Shown in pieces: positions 10,779 to 18,883 of a DNA stretch of 64,000 nucleotides. The position numbers and the translations under genes were made by a program. Numbering within the stretch: position 1 is the stretch's first letter; each line of letters opens with the position of its first letter. Below the pieces are notes generated by a model, which ran no database searches, was not told the DNA's origin, and saw only the letters and a program-made list of their open reading frames with translations. Origin of the DNA: Dehalococcoidales bacterium (lineage in GTDB: Bacteria > Chloroflexota > Dehalococcoidia > Dehalococcoidales > UBA5627); assembly GCA_028707255.1 (NCBI GenBank), contig JAQTUQ010000006.1, positions 8,832 to 72,831 on the forward strand, read 5' to 3'.

Positions 10779-11831
10779 ATGGCAAAATCAGGTGTACTGT
10801 TTAGATATAAAGAATATTTACCGATAACCCCGAAAACCCCGATGTTCTCCATAGGAGAGGGCGATACCCCGCTGGTGAGGTCGAAAAACCTCTATAAAGA
10901 TATCGGGTGTGCCGAACTGTATTTTAAACTGGAAGGCTGTAATCCCACCGGTTCTTTTAAAGACAGGGGAATGGTGGTGGCTATGGCTAAAGCTATTGAG
11001 TCCGGCAGTAAGGCAGTTATCTGTGCATCCACCGGTAACACCAGCGCCTCGGCGGCGGCGTATGCGGCAGCGATGGGGTTGAAGTGCGTCATTATCATAC
11101 CGGAAGGGAAAATTGCCAAGGGAAAACTGGCGCAGGCTATTGTTCACGGGGCGCAAATTGTAGCCATCGACGGCAATTTCGACCAGGCTCTTAAAATCGT
11201 GCGCACCATAACCGAAAAGCATCCAATTGCACTGGTAAACTCTTTAAATCCCAATCGTATCGAGGGGCAGAAGACATCCGCTTTTGAAATAATTGACGAA
11301 CTGGGCAATGCCCCCGATTATCTCTTCATACCTGTCGGTAATGCCGGAAACATTACCGCTTACTGGAAGGGTTTTGTAGAGTACTTCGATATGAAAAAGT
11401 CCACTAAAAAACCGCAGATGATAGGTTTCCAGGCGGAAGGCGCGGCTCCTATCGTTCACGGTTATCCCATCGAGAAACCGGAAACTGTGGCTACAGCCAT
11501 ACGTATCGGCAATCCCGCTAGTTGGGAGAAAGCGACACGCGCCCGCGATGAATCGGGCGGCCTGATCGATACGGTAAGCGACGAGGAAATTCTGGCGGCA
11601 CAGAAAATTATGGCAGCTAAGGAAGGCGTTTTCGGCGAACCGGCTTCGGCGGCGCCCTATGCCGGGCTTTTGAAGATGATCAAAAAGGACATGGATTTCT
11701 CGGGCAAGAAGATTGTTTGCATCGTAACCGGAAACGGGATAAAGGATGCCGATACTGCTATAAAGAATGCCGAGCCGTTCCTGCAGCTTCCGGCAGACCT
11801 TTCGGCAATAGAAAAAGCGCTCGGATTTTAG
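10779..11831 (+). CDS. thrC: Threonine synthase
   Basis: PLP-lysine motif ([10 protein letters not shown]) and GNTSAS. ATG 10779 with GAGGA upstream is preferred over GTG 10764. The hom-thrC operon order is classic. Confidence 0.9.
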   Translation: MAKSGVLFRYKEYLPITPKTPMFSIGEGDTPLVRSKNLYKDIGCAELYFKLEGCNPTGSFKDRGMVVAMAKAIESGSKAVICASTGNTSASAAAYAAAMGLKCVIIIPEGKIAKGKLAQAIVHGAQIVAIDGNFDQALKIVRTITEKHPIALVNSLNPNRIEGQKTSAFEIIDELGNAPDYLFIPVGNAGNITAYWKGFVEYFDMKKSTKKPQMIGFQAEGAAPIVHGYPIEKPETVATAIRIGNPASWEKATRARDESGGLIDTVSDEEILAAQKIMAAKEGVFGEPASAAPYAGLLKMIKKDMDFSGKKIVCIVTGNGIKDADTAIKNAEPFLQLPADLSAIEKALGF

Positions 11832-11840
11832 AAATTCTTT

Positions 11841-11971
11841 TTGTCATACTGGAGTCCCGACAGATCGGGACGAGGTATCTGGGGAGGGGTAATTTTATAA
11901 ACCCACCCCCGGATTCTTCGGTCGCGGAGTTTATACTGAGCGGAGCGAATGTACTCCCTCCAGAATGACAA
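11841..11971. repeat. 131-bp MITE-like element with terminal inverted repeats (repeat cluster B)
   Basis: The left end is TTGTCATACTGGAG (11841-11854). The reverse complement of the right end (11958-11971) is TTGTCATTCTGGAG, a 13/14 match. Internal hairpins include TCCCGAcagaTCGGGA and GGGGAGGGG...CCCACCCCC. No coding capacity. Confidence 0.65.
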
Positions 11972-12033
11972 TTTGTTTAACGATAAATGTCCAATAAATC
12001 TTTAATACTAAAAAAACATCCGAGGGGGTATAA

Positions 12034-12621
12034 ATGGCAAAGAAAGTAGTAGATAACGTCGGTTCGTTCTATCAGCATTATCCGCGTATAGCATTGATTG
12101 TCACTGCAAGCTATGGTGGAAAAGAAAACGCCATGACGATTGCCTGGCATATGCCGATGTCGAAAGACCCGCCGTTAATCGCTTTTGTCACTGGAACGTC
12201 ACATTTTACATATAAACTCATCAAGCAGAGCGGTGAATTTGCCATAAATCTCCTGCCCGAGACCCATGCGGAGATTGTAGCAGCCATCGGTGGCAGCAAG
12301 GGTGAGACCTGCGATAAATTTGCCACTTACGGCATTGCCAGGGAGAAATCCTTAAAAACCTCCGCTCCCATACTGGCCGATGCCTACGCCGCTTTCGAAT
12401 GCAAAGTGGTGGAAGAGAAAATCTATGACGGGCACAGCATGATTACCGGCGAGGTTGTGGCTACCCATATCCAGGAAGGCTGTATCTGGGATGACGGCAC
12501 TGTCAATATGGAAAAGGTAATTCCGGTATTATATATGGGAAGCGAACAGTACCTTAATATCGAGCAGGCTAATGTGCGCACCTTAAAAAGGGATATTTAC
12601 GCCAGGGAATTGAAGTTGTAA
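12034..12621 (+). CDS. Flavin reductase-like FMN-binding domain protein
   Basis: 195 aa with the flavin-reductase-domain pattern (…ENAMTIAWHMPMS..PPLIAF…, …GEFAINLL…). GAGGGGG lies upstream of the ATG. Confidence 0.75.
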   Translation: MAKKVVDNVGSFYQHYPRIALIVTASYGGKENAMTIAWHMPMSKDPPLIAFVTGTSHFTYKLIKQSGEFAINLLPETHAEIVAAIGGSKGETCDKFATYGIAREKSLKTSAPILADAYAAFECKVVEEKIYDGHSMITGEVVATHIQEGCIWDDGTVNMEKVIPVLYMGSEQYLNIEQANVRTLKRDIYARELKL

Positions 12622-12651
12622 TAAAACTGTAATTGCGAGATTATACTCTAC

Positions 12652-12915
12652 ATTGTCTTTCTGAGAGAGTACATTCGCTTCTCTCAGTATAAATTCCACG
12701 AGCGAAGAATCTATATAAATCAGAGAGGAAAGTCGAAGCAATCCATAGTATTATTTCGACGCCGCTATGGATTCGACGCTCACCACGAGCGGTTTTTTAG
12801 TTCTTTTGTCATGTTGAGTTCGTGAGGGACGAACGAAGCATCCTGGGAGGGGTAAATATTATAAAAACCACCCACCAGATTCTTCAGTCACCCATTGTGA
12901 CTTCCAGAATGACAA
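12652..12915. repeat. Composite repeat cluster C (at least two elements of the same family)
   Basis: 12652-12711 is an inverted copy of the right half of element B (…GAGTACATTCGCT…CTCAGTATAAA). 12757-12796 matches 41163-41204, including a shared 17-mer GCCGCTATGGATTCGAC. 12806-12915 is a second TTGTCAT…AGAATGACAA element. Confidence 0.6.
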
Positions 12916-12986
12916 TGTAAAATAATAACGACCAATATCGTGATAATCTGATAAATACTGATATAATAAAATAGAGGGATATCGAA

Positions 12987-13553
12987 TTGTTCGACGAAGA
13001 GAAAATAAAAAAATCTGTTGAAGATATCATCGTTGCCATTGGTGAAGACCCGAACCGTGAGGGTTTGCTGGAGACGCCGCGTCGTTTTGCCGAGATGTAT
13101 GCCGAGCTTTTCATGGGCATGAACATGGATCCGGTCGAGGAACTGAAGGTCGGGTACGAGCTGGGGCATCGCGAGATGGTCATCCTGAAGGATATTCCCT
13201 TTTATTCGATGTGCGAACATCACCTGCTGCCTTTCTACGGCATAGTGCATGTCGGTTATATCCCCAACAAAGAGGGCAGGGTGGTCGGCATCAGCAAGCT
13301 GGCAAGGGTGGTGGAAATCATCTCCAGGCGTCCGCAAATACAGGAGAGAATGGCAACCGATATCGCAGATGCCGTTGTCAAGGGCTTGAATCCGGATGGT
13401 GTCGGGGTTGTTATTCAGGCAGAGCATATGTGCATGACGATGCGCGGCATCAAGAAACCGGGAGCCAGTGTCATTACTTCCGCTTTACGCGGCACCTTCC
13501 GCAGCCGTGCCGACAGCCGCGCCGAGTTCTTCTCATTAATTCACGGGAAGTAA
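12987..13553 (+). CDS. folE: GTP cyclohydrolase I
   Basis: TTG start. FolE signature ([14 protein letters not shown], and HMCMTMRG in the C-terminal part). Confidence 0.9.
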   Translation: MFDEEKIKKSVEDIIVAIGEDPNREGLLETPRRFAEMYAELFMGMNMDPVEELKVGYELGHREMVILKDIPFYSMCEHHLLPFYGIVHVGYIPNKEGRVVGISKLARVVEIISRRPQIQERMATDIADAVVKGLNPDGVGVVIQAEHMCMTMRGIKKPGASVITSALRGTFRSRADSRAEFFSLIHGK

Positions 13554-13562
13554 TAGCCCTTA

Positions 13563-13766
13563 TTGTCATTCTGGAATCCCGACTGGTCGGGATGAAGAAT
13601 CTTGGGTGGGGAGAAAACGAATCGTCTTTGCGAAGTTATCCTCAAGCCGTTCGTGGTGAGGCATATTATTAACTGTTCGTGGTGAGCCTGTCGAACCATA
13701 ACGGCTGGGTGATTAATAGGGATATTTAACAAGGTATATCCTTCGACAAGCTCAGGTCGAACGGAT
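13563..13766. repeat. Repeat cluster D
   Basis: Starts with the same left module as element B (TTGTCATTCTGGAATCCCGActggTCGGGAT…). Two TTCGTGGTGAG modules follow, one inside the 31-mer shared with cluster A. A CCTTCGACAAGCTCAGG module is also present. Confidence 0.6.
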
Positions 13767-13799
13767 TTGTATTAAGTTTATTTTTATCGGAGTGTTTAT

Positions 13800-14216
13800 T
13801 TACTCCCCCGTCACCTGCACCACCACATCCCTCTTGCGCGGGCGGTTATCGAAGTCCACCAGTACGATTTGCTGCCACGTTCCGAGCACCATTTTGAAGT
13901 CTGCAAATGGAATGACTAATGATGCCCCCAGCAAGGACGCCCTGATATGCGAGTAGCCGTTGCCGTCTCCCCAGGTTTCGTTATGGGCATAGGGGATGCC
14001 TTTTGGAGCTATCCTCTCGAATGCCTCTTTGATATCCGCCACCAGCCCCGGTTCGTACTCGATGGTAGTTATTCCGGCGGTGGAGCCGGTAACAAAGATT
14101 GTTACATTGCCATTTTTGAGGTTAGATTTAGATATAAGCGCTTCGACATGGTGCGTGATGTTTACGACATCGCACTCGCCGTTTGTTTTTAAACTTATGG
14201 TTTCAGTTGTTTGCAT
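13800..14216 (-). CDS. yjbQ: YjbQ/UPF0047 family (secondary thiamine-phosphate synthase) protein
   Basis: 138 aa with typical YjbQ motifs (…HTTAGITxxE-like GSTAGITTIEYEPG, …GYSHIRASLLGASL…, …GTWQQIVLVDFD…). Confidence 0.8.
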   Translation of the reverse strand: MQTTETISLKTNGECDVVNITHHVEALISKSNLKNGNVTIFVTGSTAGITTIEYEPGLVADIKEAFERIAPKGIPYAHNETWGDGNGYSHIRASLLGASLVIPFADFKMVLGTWQQIVLVDFDNRPRKRDVVVQVTGE

Positions 14217-14237
14217 AGGGAACCTATGAGATACCTT

Positions 14238-14492
14238 TTAATCCAACACAATCGTCCCATACCCTCTCGTGGAATGCTGTATATTGAGGTCGTCGCTATA
14301 GCCGTAAGCCCAGATTATCGTATTATTTCCCTTGTTTAACGGATTATCGTAACTATCACTTGTAGTCAGAGCCCGTTTGAACTCGATGGTGGTATAGTCG
14401 TCTTCTTCTGTACCGCCGAACACCGTTATATCAGCGGTGCCGCCGAGCGCGGTATCCTGGGGGTGCGGCCTCCATATACCCGTACTGAACAT
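14238..14492 (-). pseudogene. 3' remnant of a DOMON-domain (heme-binding, EBDH-like) gene
   Basis: The 84-aa ORF matches only the C-terminal half of DOMON-type domains (…GGTxDI..FGGTEEDDYTTIEFKR.L.T.D.YD.PL…IIWAYG.SDD…H…RG). There is no signal peptide or N-terminal half. An in-frame TAA lies 15 nt upstream of the first ATG. Confidence 0.45.
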
Positions 14493-14642
14493 ATCGTAAA
14501 TCCCGGCTTAAATAATGTCAAACAATAACCAAAATAAATATTCTCCTCCCCATCCCCTCACGCTTAAAAAATAATTTACATAAATATAATAAAGTTCAGA
14601 AAGGAGTATACTGGCATATGTAGAGGAGCATGTAAAAAATAA

Positions 14643-14795
14643 ATGATAAATAAAAACTTTTCCAAATCGACTCGAATACACATCCGCAATGAAAAAGCGC
14701 GTATTCGCAGGACTGTCAGCGACCCGAAAGAACAGGAAAGATTAATTAACGACCTTTATCTGCAATCCCGGAGGAGCTCCGGAAGTGCGATATAA
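14643..14795 (+). CDS. Possible small basic protein (50 aa)
   Basis: ORF below the track cutoff: MINKNFSKSTRIHIRNEKARIRRTVSDPKEQERLINDLYLQSRRSSGSAI. AGGAG lies about 14 nt upstream. No family recognised. Confidence 0.25.
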   Translation: MINKNFSKSTRIHIRNEKARIRRTVSDPKEQERLINDLYLQSRRSSGSAI

Positions 14796-14846
14796 AACAC
14801 CTGTTGTGGCGTAAATATTCGATAAATGATTAAGAGTGGTGAAATT

Positions 14847-15029
14847 ATGAAAATGTGTATTAAGAAATTGTATTGCGGTAATTGTAAAAAACTGGTCAGG
14901 GGCAGTGAACAGAAAGTGTCCGGCGCTACGCAGGTCACTTGTTGCGCCTGCAAACAACCGATCTGGCTCTCTAATAGCGGCGGCTGGAAAAACATCAGGG
15001 ATAAGGAATTTAAAAAAGAAGCGGTATAA
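14847..15029 (+). CDS. Small zinc-ribbon protein (hypothetical)
   Basis: Two CxxC pairs (YCGNCKK … CCACKQP) in about 60 aa, with a basic C-terminus. The start could also be 14826. Confidence 0.4.
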   Translation: MKMCIKKLYCGNCKKLVRGSEQKVSGATQVTCCACKQPIWLSNSGGWKNIRDKEFKKEAV

Positions 15030-15180
15030 AATCCGTGCTATCCATGAAGTCTTAAACAATCCTTATAAAGGATTGTCCGCAGTGATTTAGTAGTCCCGGT
15101 TTTATCTTCGAAAAGGATTAAGGTACAAAACGGAATTTCCTGTTGTAATCTTTTTGCGGCTTACATGTTTCTAAATTCTG

Positions 15181-15209
15181 TTGACAGTATCCGGGTAATG
15201 GGGTACTAT
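15181..15209 (+). promoter_or_regulatory. Near-consensus sigma70-type promoter
   Basis: TTGACA (15181-15186), an exact 17-nt spacer, then TACTAT (15204-15209). A short palindrome ATGCGC…GCGCAT lies in the predicted leader. Confidence 0.5.
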
Positions 15210-15259
15210 CGGGGTGAATGCGCGGCAACTTGCGCATAATTCTTTAAGGAGGCAGACTA

Positions 15260-15319
15260 ATGGGAAGCAAAGGGAGAAAAAACGTTAAGAAACCCAAAAA
15301 GGCGGAAGAAAAGAAGTAG
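15260..15319 (+). CDS. 19-aa lysine-rich micro-ORF (MGSKGRKNVKKPKKAEEKK)
   Basis: Consensus SD AAGGAGG (15246-15252) sits 7 nt before ATG 15260, about 50 nt downstream of the promoter at 15181-15209. Confidence 0.35.
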   Translation: MGSKGRKNVKKPKKAEEKK

Positions 15320-15494
15320 CAGCCGCAATTATGACCTTCTGATTCTATTTAAACTTGAGTATTTAAATGACTCTCCTGCTCGACAGGCGATCCATATCAA
15401 TCATCTATTATTTACTCCCCTCTTGATACCACACCCCCCTTTGTTAATATGTAAATGAAAATATATTCAACTACATATCTGTAGCAACTAGTTA

Positions 15495-15755
15495 GTGGGT
15501 TTTCAAATCGAAGACCCGTTGTCGAAAACAGCACTGGAAAAATGGCTGAACAAGTTGCCCGCCGTCGTCCTGAGAGCCAAGGGGTTCGTTAAGCTCGAGG
15601 GTTACGACGGTACGTTCGAAGTGCAGGCTGCCCGCGGCTGCGTGGATATCTCTCCATTTACAGAAACAGCCACTCCAGATTCGATGTTAATCCTCATCAC
15701 CCATCCGATGCGCACCGACGGGCTGCTGAAAGGCCTGCAAAATTGCATCGCCTGA
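15495..15755 (+). CDS. CobW C-terminal-domain-only ORF (possible 3' remnant of a CobW/G3E GTPase gene)
   Basis: 86 aa matching only the CobW_C domain (…LEKWL…VLRAKGFVKLEG…FEVQA…). GTG start, with an in-frame TAG 6 nt upstream. No GTPase domain is present. Confidence 0.45.
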   Translation: MGFQIEDPLSKTALEKWLNKLPAVVLRAKGFVKLEGYDGTFEVQAARGCVDISPFTETATPDSMLILITHPMRTDGLLKGLQNCIA

Positions 15756-15776
15756 TATGCGGCGGTATTTAATAAT

Positions 15777-16019
15777 ATGTCCGAAAACGATATTCCTTTA
15801 TGTTTTGCCGACAGAGACCGCGTCTATATAATTTCTAAAATTCTTCAGGGGCAGGATTTAAGCCGCAAGTTAGTCGATATGGGGTTGATACCGGGAACCG
15901 AAATAACGGTGTACAAGGGCGGGCATCCGGGGCCGGTGATAATCTGCGTCAAAGGCACCAAACTGATACTGGGATGCGCCGTTGCCCACAAGATAATGGT
16001 GCATCCCGCCAATAGATAA
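15777..16019 (+). CDS. feoA: FeoA-family protein (no feoB nearby)
   Basis: 80 aa with an SH3-like FeoA pattern (…LVDMGLIPGTEITV…PGPVIICVKGTKLILGCAVAHKIMV). Confidence 0.75.
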   Translation: MSENDIPLCFADRDRVYIISKILQGQDLSRKLVDMGLIPGTEITVYKGGHPGPVIICVKGTKLILGCAVAHKIMVHPANR

Positions 16020-16292
16020 ACCGCTTTCCGTATAAATAACAGGTTGTCTGCAAGATGAAGCTGATAAAATTCACCTTTTTCGTAACTAGCAGTACAGATT
16101 TAGGCGGCATTTTATAACCACTTGTATAAGACGAAGAAAGAAACTACCATATTAATTATCGCCTACAGAGTTATTATACTCAATTTTTAAAATTGTGATA
16201 AAAGTTCTATTCAATTCTATCTGAAACAATGGTAATATAAATGTGTTATATTTTTTTGGGTCTAAAAATTTTAAAAAAGGGGGAATGAATAA

Positions 16293-17390
16293 ATGAAGTT
16301 ATCTAACCTCACCAATTCCACTGGCGTAATTCTTATTGACGGTGTCTTGAACGCGGAGAGCGAGCAACTTCTAAACAAGTCTATAGATGATGCTGTGCAG
16401 AAAGGATTCAACAAGGTCATTCTCGATTTTCGCCCCGTAGACCACATAAACAGCCTGGGTGTCAGTAATCTGGTAAAGCTTACGGCTATTGCAAAGAAAA
16501 AGAGTATCAAGCTGTTTGCATATGGATTGAGTAAACGTTACCGCGAGTTGTTCGCTTTAACCAGCCTGAGTGATGTTATAAATATAATGGATGACAACGA
16601 AAAATCTGCTTTGCTGACCGGAGATGAGATCAATAATCTGAAAAAGATGAAGGTTAAAAGCGGTAAACAATCCGATGCCGGTTGGGCGCCTTATATCGAA
16701 AAAATCAAGGTGACGGAAAGACCTGAAGGCGCGCTGGTAAAGAATATGGATAATCGACGGCCGCAGGGGCAAATAAAGGGATTCGGGAAGATGTGGCAAA
16801 AGACCTTCTGGCTAATGATAGATAAACCCGAATTTACTCCCAAAGATATTATAGTAAAACTGATGCAAAATTTTGTAGTCTTCCAGATCCCCGAAAACTT
16901 TTTTTATCCCACCAGTAAGGGGTTGACCCCGGGGGCGCTGGTATTTATCGATTCAAAAACGCCGGGCGGCATCGTCAGCACAGGAATTTACGTGCTTTAC
17001 GTGGACGATACCAGTTTTACATACATCACTCCGCAGGGGCATCCTGAAGCCGGCTGGATAACCTTCAGTGCCAAAGAAGAGGAGGGGAAGATTCGCCTGC
17101 AGATACAGGGGCTGGTCAGGGCTTCCGACCCGTTTTACGAGATAGCATACGCCCTAGCAGGGCAGGCTTTCCAGGAGAAAATCTGGCTGAATGTGTTGAC
17201 ACAGATGGCGAAACATCTTGGTATTGAAGATAACGGACAAATGGTGAAGTACAAACCGGCCAATAGCTGTCAATGGGGTAAGATAGGGAATATATGGTAT
17301 AACGCGCAAATAAGAACACTGCCGCTTAACATTACCAAATTGGTTCCCTTATCCAGAAAAGTAAAAGAGAAAGCCAGCGGTGGTAATTGA
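16293..17390 (+). CDS. STAS (anti-sigma-antagonist-like) domain fused to a DUF1990 domain
   Basis: Residues 1-~100 look like a SpoIIAA/STAS fold (VILDFRPVDHINSLGVSNLVKL…LFAYGLSKRYRELFALTSL). The C-terminal ~230 aa carry the DUF1990-type motif (…FTYITPQGHPEAGWITF…). Confidence 0.6.
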   Translation: MKLSNLTNSTGVILIDGVLNAESEQLLNKSIDDAVQKGFNKVILDFRPVDHINSLGVSNLVKLTAIAKKKSIKLFAYGLSKRYRELFALTSLSDVINIMDDNEKSALLTGDEINNLKKMKVKSGKQSDAGWAPYIEKIKVTERPEGALVKNMDNRRPQGQIKGFGKMWQKTFWLMIDKPEFTPKDIIVKLMQNFVVFQIPENFFYPTSKGLTPGALVFIDSKTPGGIVSTGIYVLYVDDTSFTYITPQGHPEAGWITFSAKEEEGKIRLQIQGLVRASDPFYEIAYALAGQAFQEKIWLNVLTQMAKHLGIEDNGQMVKYKPANSCQWGKIGNIWYNAQIRTLPLNITKLVPLSRKVKEKASGGN

Positions 17391-18811
17391 TAGTTACCAA
17401 GCAAAAGACAGCCATAGTCATTGGTTCGGGACCAAACGGGTTGGCGGCGGCGATTACACTGGCCCAAGCCGGACTGAATGTCACCGTATATGAAAAAAAC
17501 GCTGTTATAGGCGGCGCTTGCCGTTCCATGGAACTTGTTAAAAAAGGCGTTATGAACGATGTCGGTTCTGGGGTGCATCCGATGGTAGCGGCGTCTCCGT
17601 TTTTTCAGAACCTGCCTTTATCCGGATATGGATTGAAATGGATAAATTCACCGGTTGTTATGGCGCATCCTCTCGATGACGGCACGACAGTCAACGTATA
17701 TAAATCGATAGAAGAAACCGCTGCCAATCTTGATGGCGTCGATGAAAAAGCCTATATTAAATTGATGACGCCGTTGGTCAAAAATTTTCAAACCCTTATC
17801 AATGAAATACTGCAGTTTCCCAAAATTCCGTTTCGCCATCCGTTTTTAATGCTACATTTCGGCAGATATGCCTTATTATCAGCCGGAGGGTTGGCTGAAA
17901 GAAGTTTTAAAGGCGAACGGGCAAAAGCCTTTATTGCCGGTATGGGTGTTCACTCTATAATGAATTTGAATAAAGCAGCAAGTTCGGCATCAGGACTGAT
18001 GCTGGCTGTTGCCGCTCATTTTAATGGCTGGCCGATACCGCAAGGGGGCGCACAAAAAATAACCGATGCCATGGCAGCTTATTTCAAGGCACTGGGTGGC
18101 AATATAGTGACTGGTACTGAAATCGGTTCACTTGAACAATTGCCTGTTTATGATATGCTATTGGCTGACATTACCCCTGGGCAATTCTTGAAAATGGCGT
18201 CATCGCAATTGCCGGATACTTATAAGAGCAAAATAAGGGGATACAAATATGGGCCGGGTGTCTTTAAAATGGATTGGATACTAGACAAACCGATTCCATG
18301 GAAAGCGAATGATTGCAATAAAGCGGCAACGGTACATCTCGGCGGCTCCCTGGAAGATATTATCACAGCTGAAAATGAGGTTCACATGGGGAAAGCCCCC
18401 GCAAGACCGTTCGTATTTTTGGCGCAACCGAGTCTTTTTGATACTACCAGGTCTGATGAAAATCAACATATTGCCTGGGGGTATTGCCATGTTTCTTATA
18501 ATTCAACGTTTGATATGACGGAACGCATAGAATCCCAGATTGAACGGTTTGCCCCAGGTTTTAAAGAATGTATTATTGCCCGTCATGTAATGTATCCCTC
18601 CGATTTGGAAAAGGACAATCCCAATTTAGTCGGCGGCGATATCGCCGGCGGCAGTCAAAGTTTTAAGAAACTGGTTATGCCTTCTATATGTTATAAAACA
18701 CCGATACAGGGTACGTTTCTTTGTTCCAGCTCTACGCCCCCCAGCGCCGGAGTACACGGGATGTGCGGTTATCGTGCTGCCCTGACTGCTCTCAAAACTC
18801 TCAACAGTTAG
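17387..18811 (+). CDS. FAD/NAD(P)-dependent oxidoreductase, phytoene-desaturase (CrtI)-like family
   Basis: N-terminal dinucleotide fold (AIVIGSGPNGLAAAITLAQAGLNVTVYEKNAVIGG). The TTG start overlaps the upstream stop by 4 nt. Confidence 0.8.
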   Translation: MIVTKQKTAIVIGSGPNGLAAAITLAQAGLNVTVYEKNAVIGGACRSMELVKKGVMNDVGSGVHPMVAASPFFQNLPLSGYGLKWINSPVVMAHPLDDGTTVNVYKSIEETAANLDGVDEKAYIKLMTPLVKNFQTLINEILQFPKIPFRHPFLMLHFGRYALLSAGGLAERSFKGERAKAFIAGMGVHSIMNLNKAASSASGLMLAVAAHFNGWPIPQGGAQKITDAMAAYFKALGGNIVTGTEIGSLEQLPVYDMLLADITPGQFLKMASSQLPDTYKSKIRGYKYGPGVFKMDWILDKPIPWKANDCNKAATVHLGGSLEDIITAENEVHMGKAPARPFVFLAQPSLFDTTRSDENQHIAWGYCHVSYNSTFDMTERIESQIERFAPGFKECIIARHVMYPSDLEKDNPNLVGGDIAGGSQSFKKLVMPSICYKTPIQGTFLCSSSTPPSAGVHGMCGYRAALTALKTLNS

Positions 18812-18883
18812 TTCTGTAAATCATTTCATTTATTGCCCCATCAGATTATAATGTCTTTAATAATTATTTTATAAGGACTGACC

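Noticed and set aside
12888-13427. 179-aa ORF antisense to folE
   Set aside because: It is a shadow ORF. The opposite frame encodes an unmistakable GTP cyclohydrolase I, and this translation has no recognisable motifs. It also runs into the repeat cluster.
13541-13732. 63-aa ORF (…MVRQAHHEQ…LTTNGL…), and the ORFs 11717..11968 and 13211..13672 that read into repeats
   Set aside because: These translate the intergenic hairpin repeats. The peptide-like strings are a by-product of the repeat sequence, not evidence of a gene.
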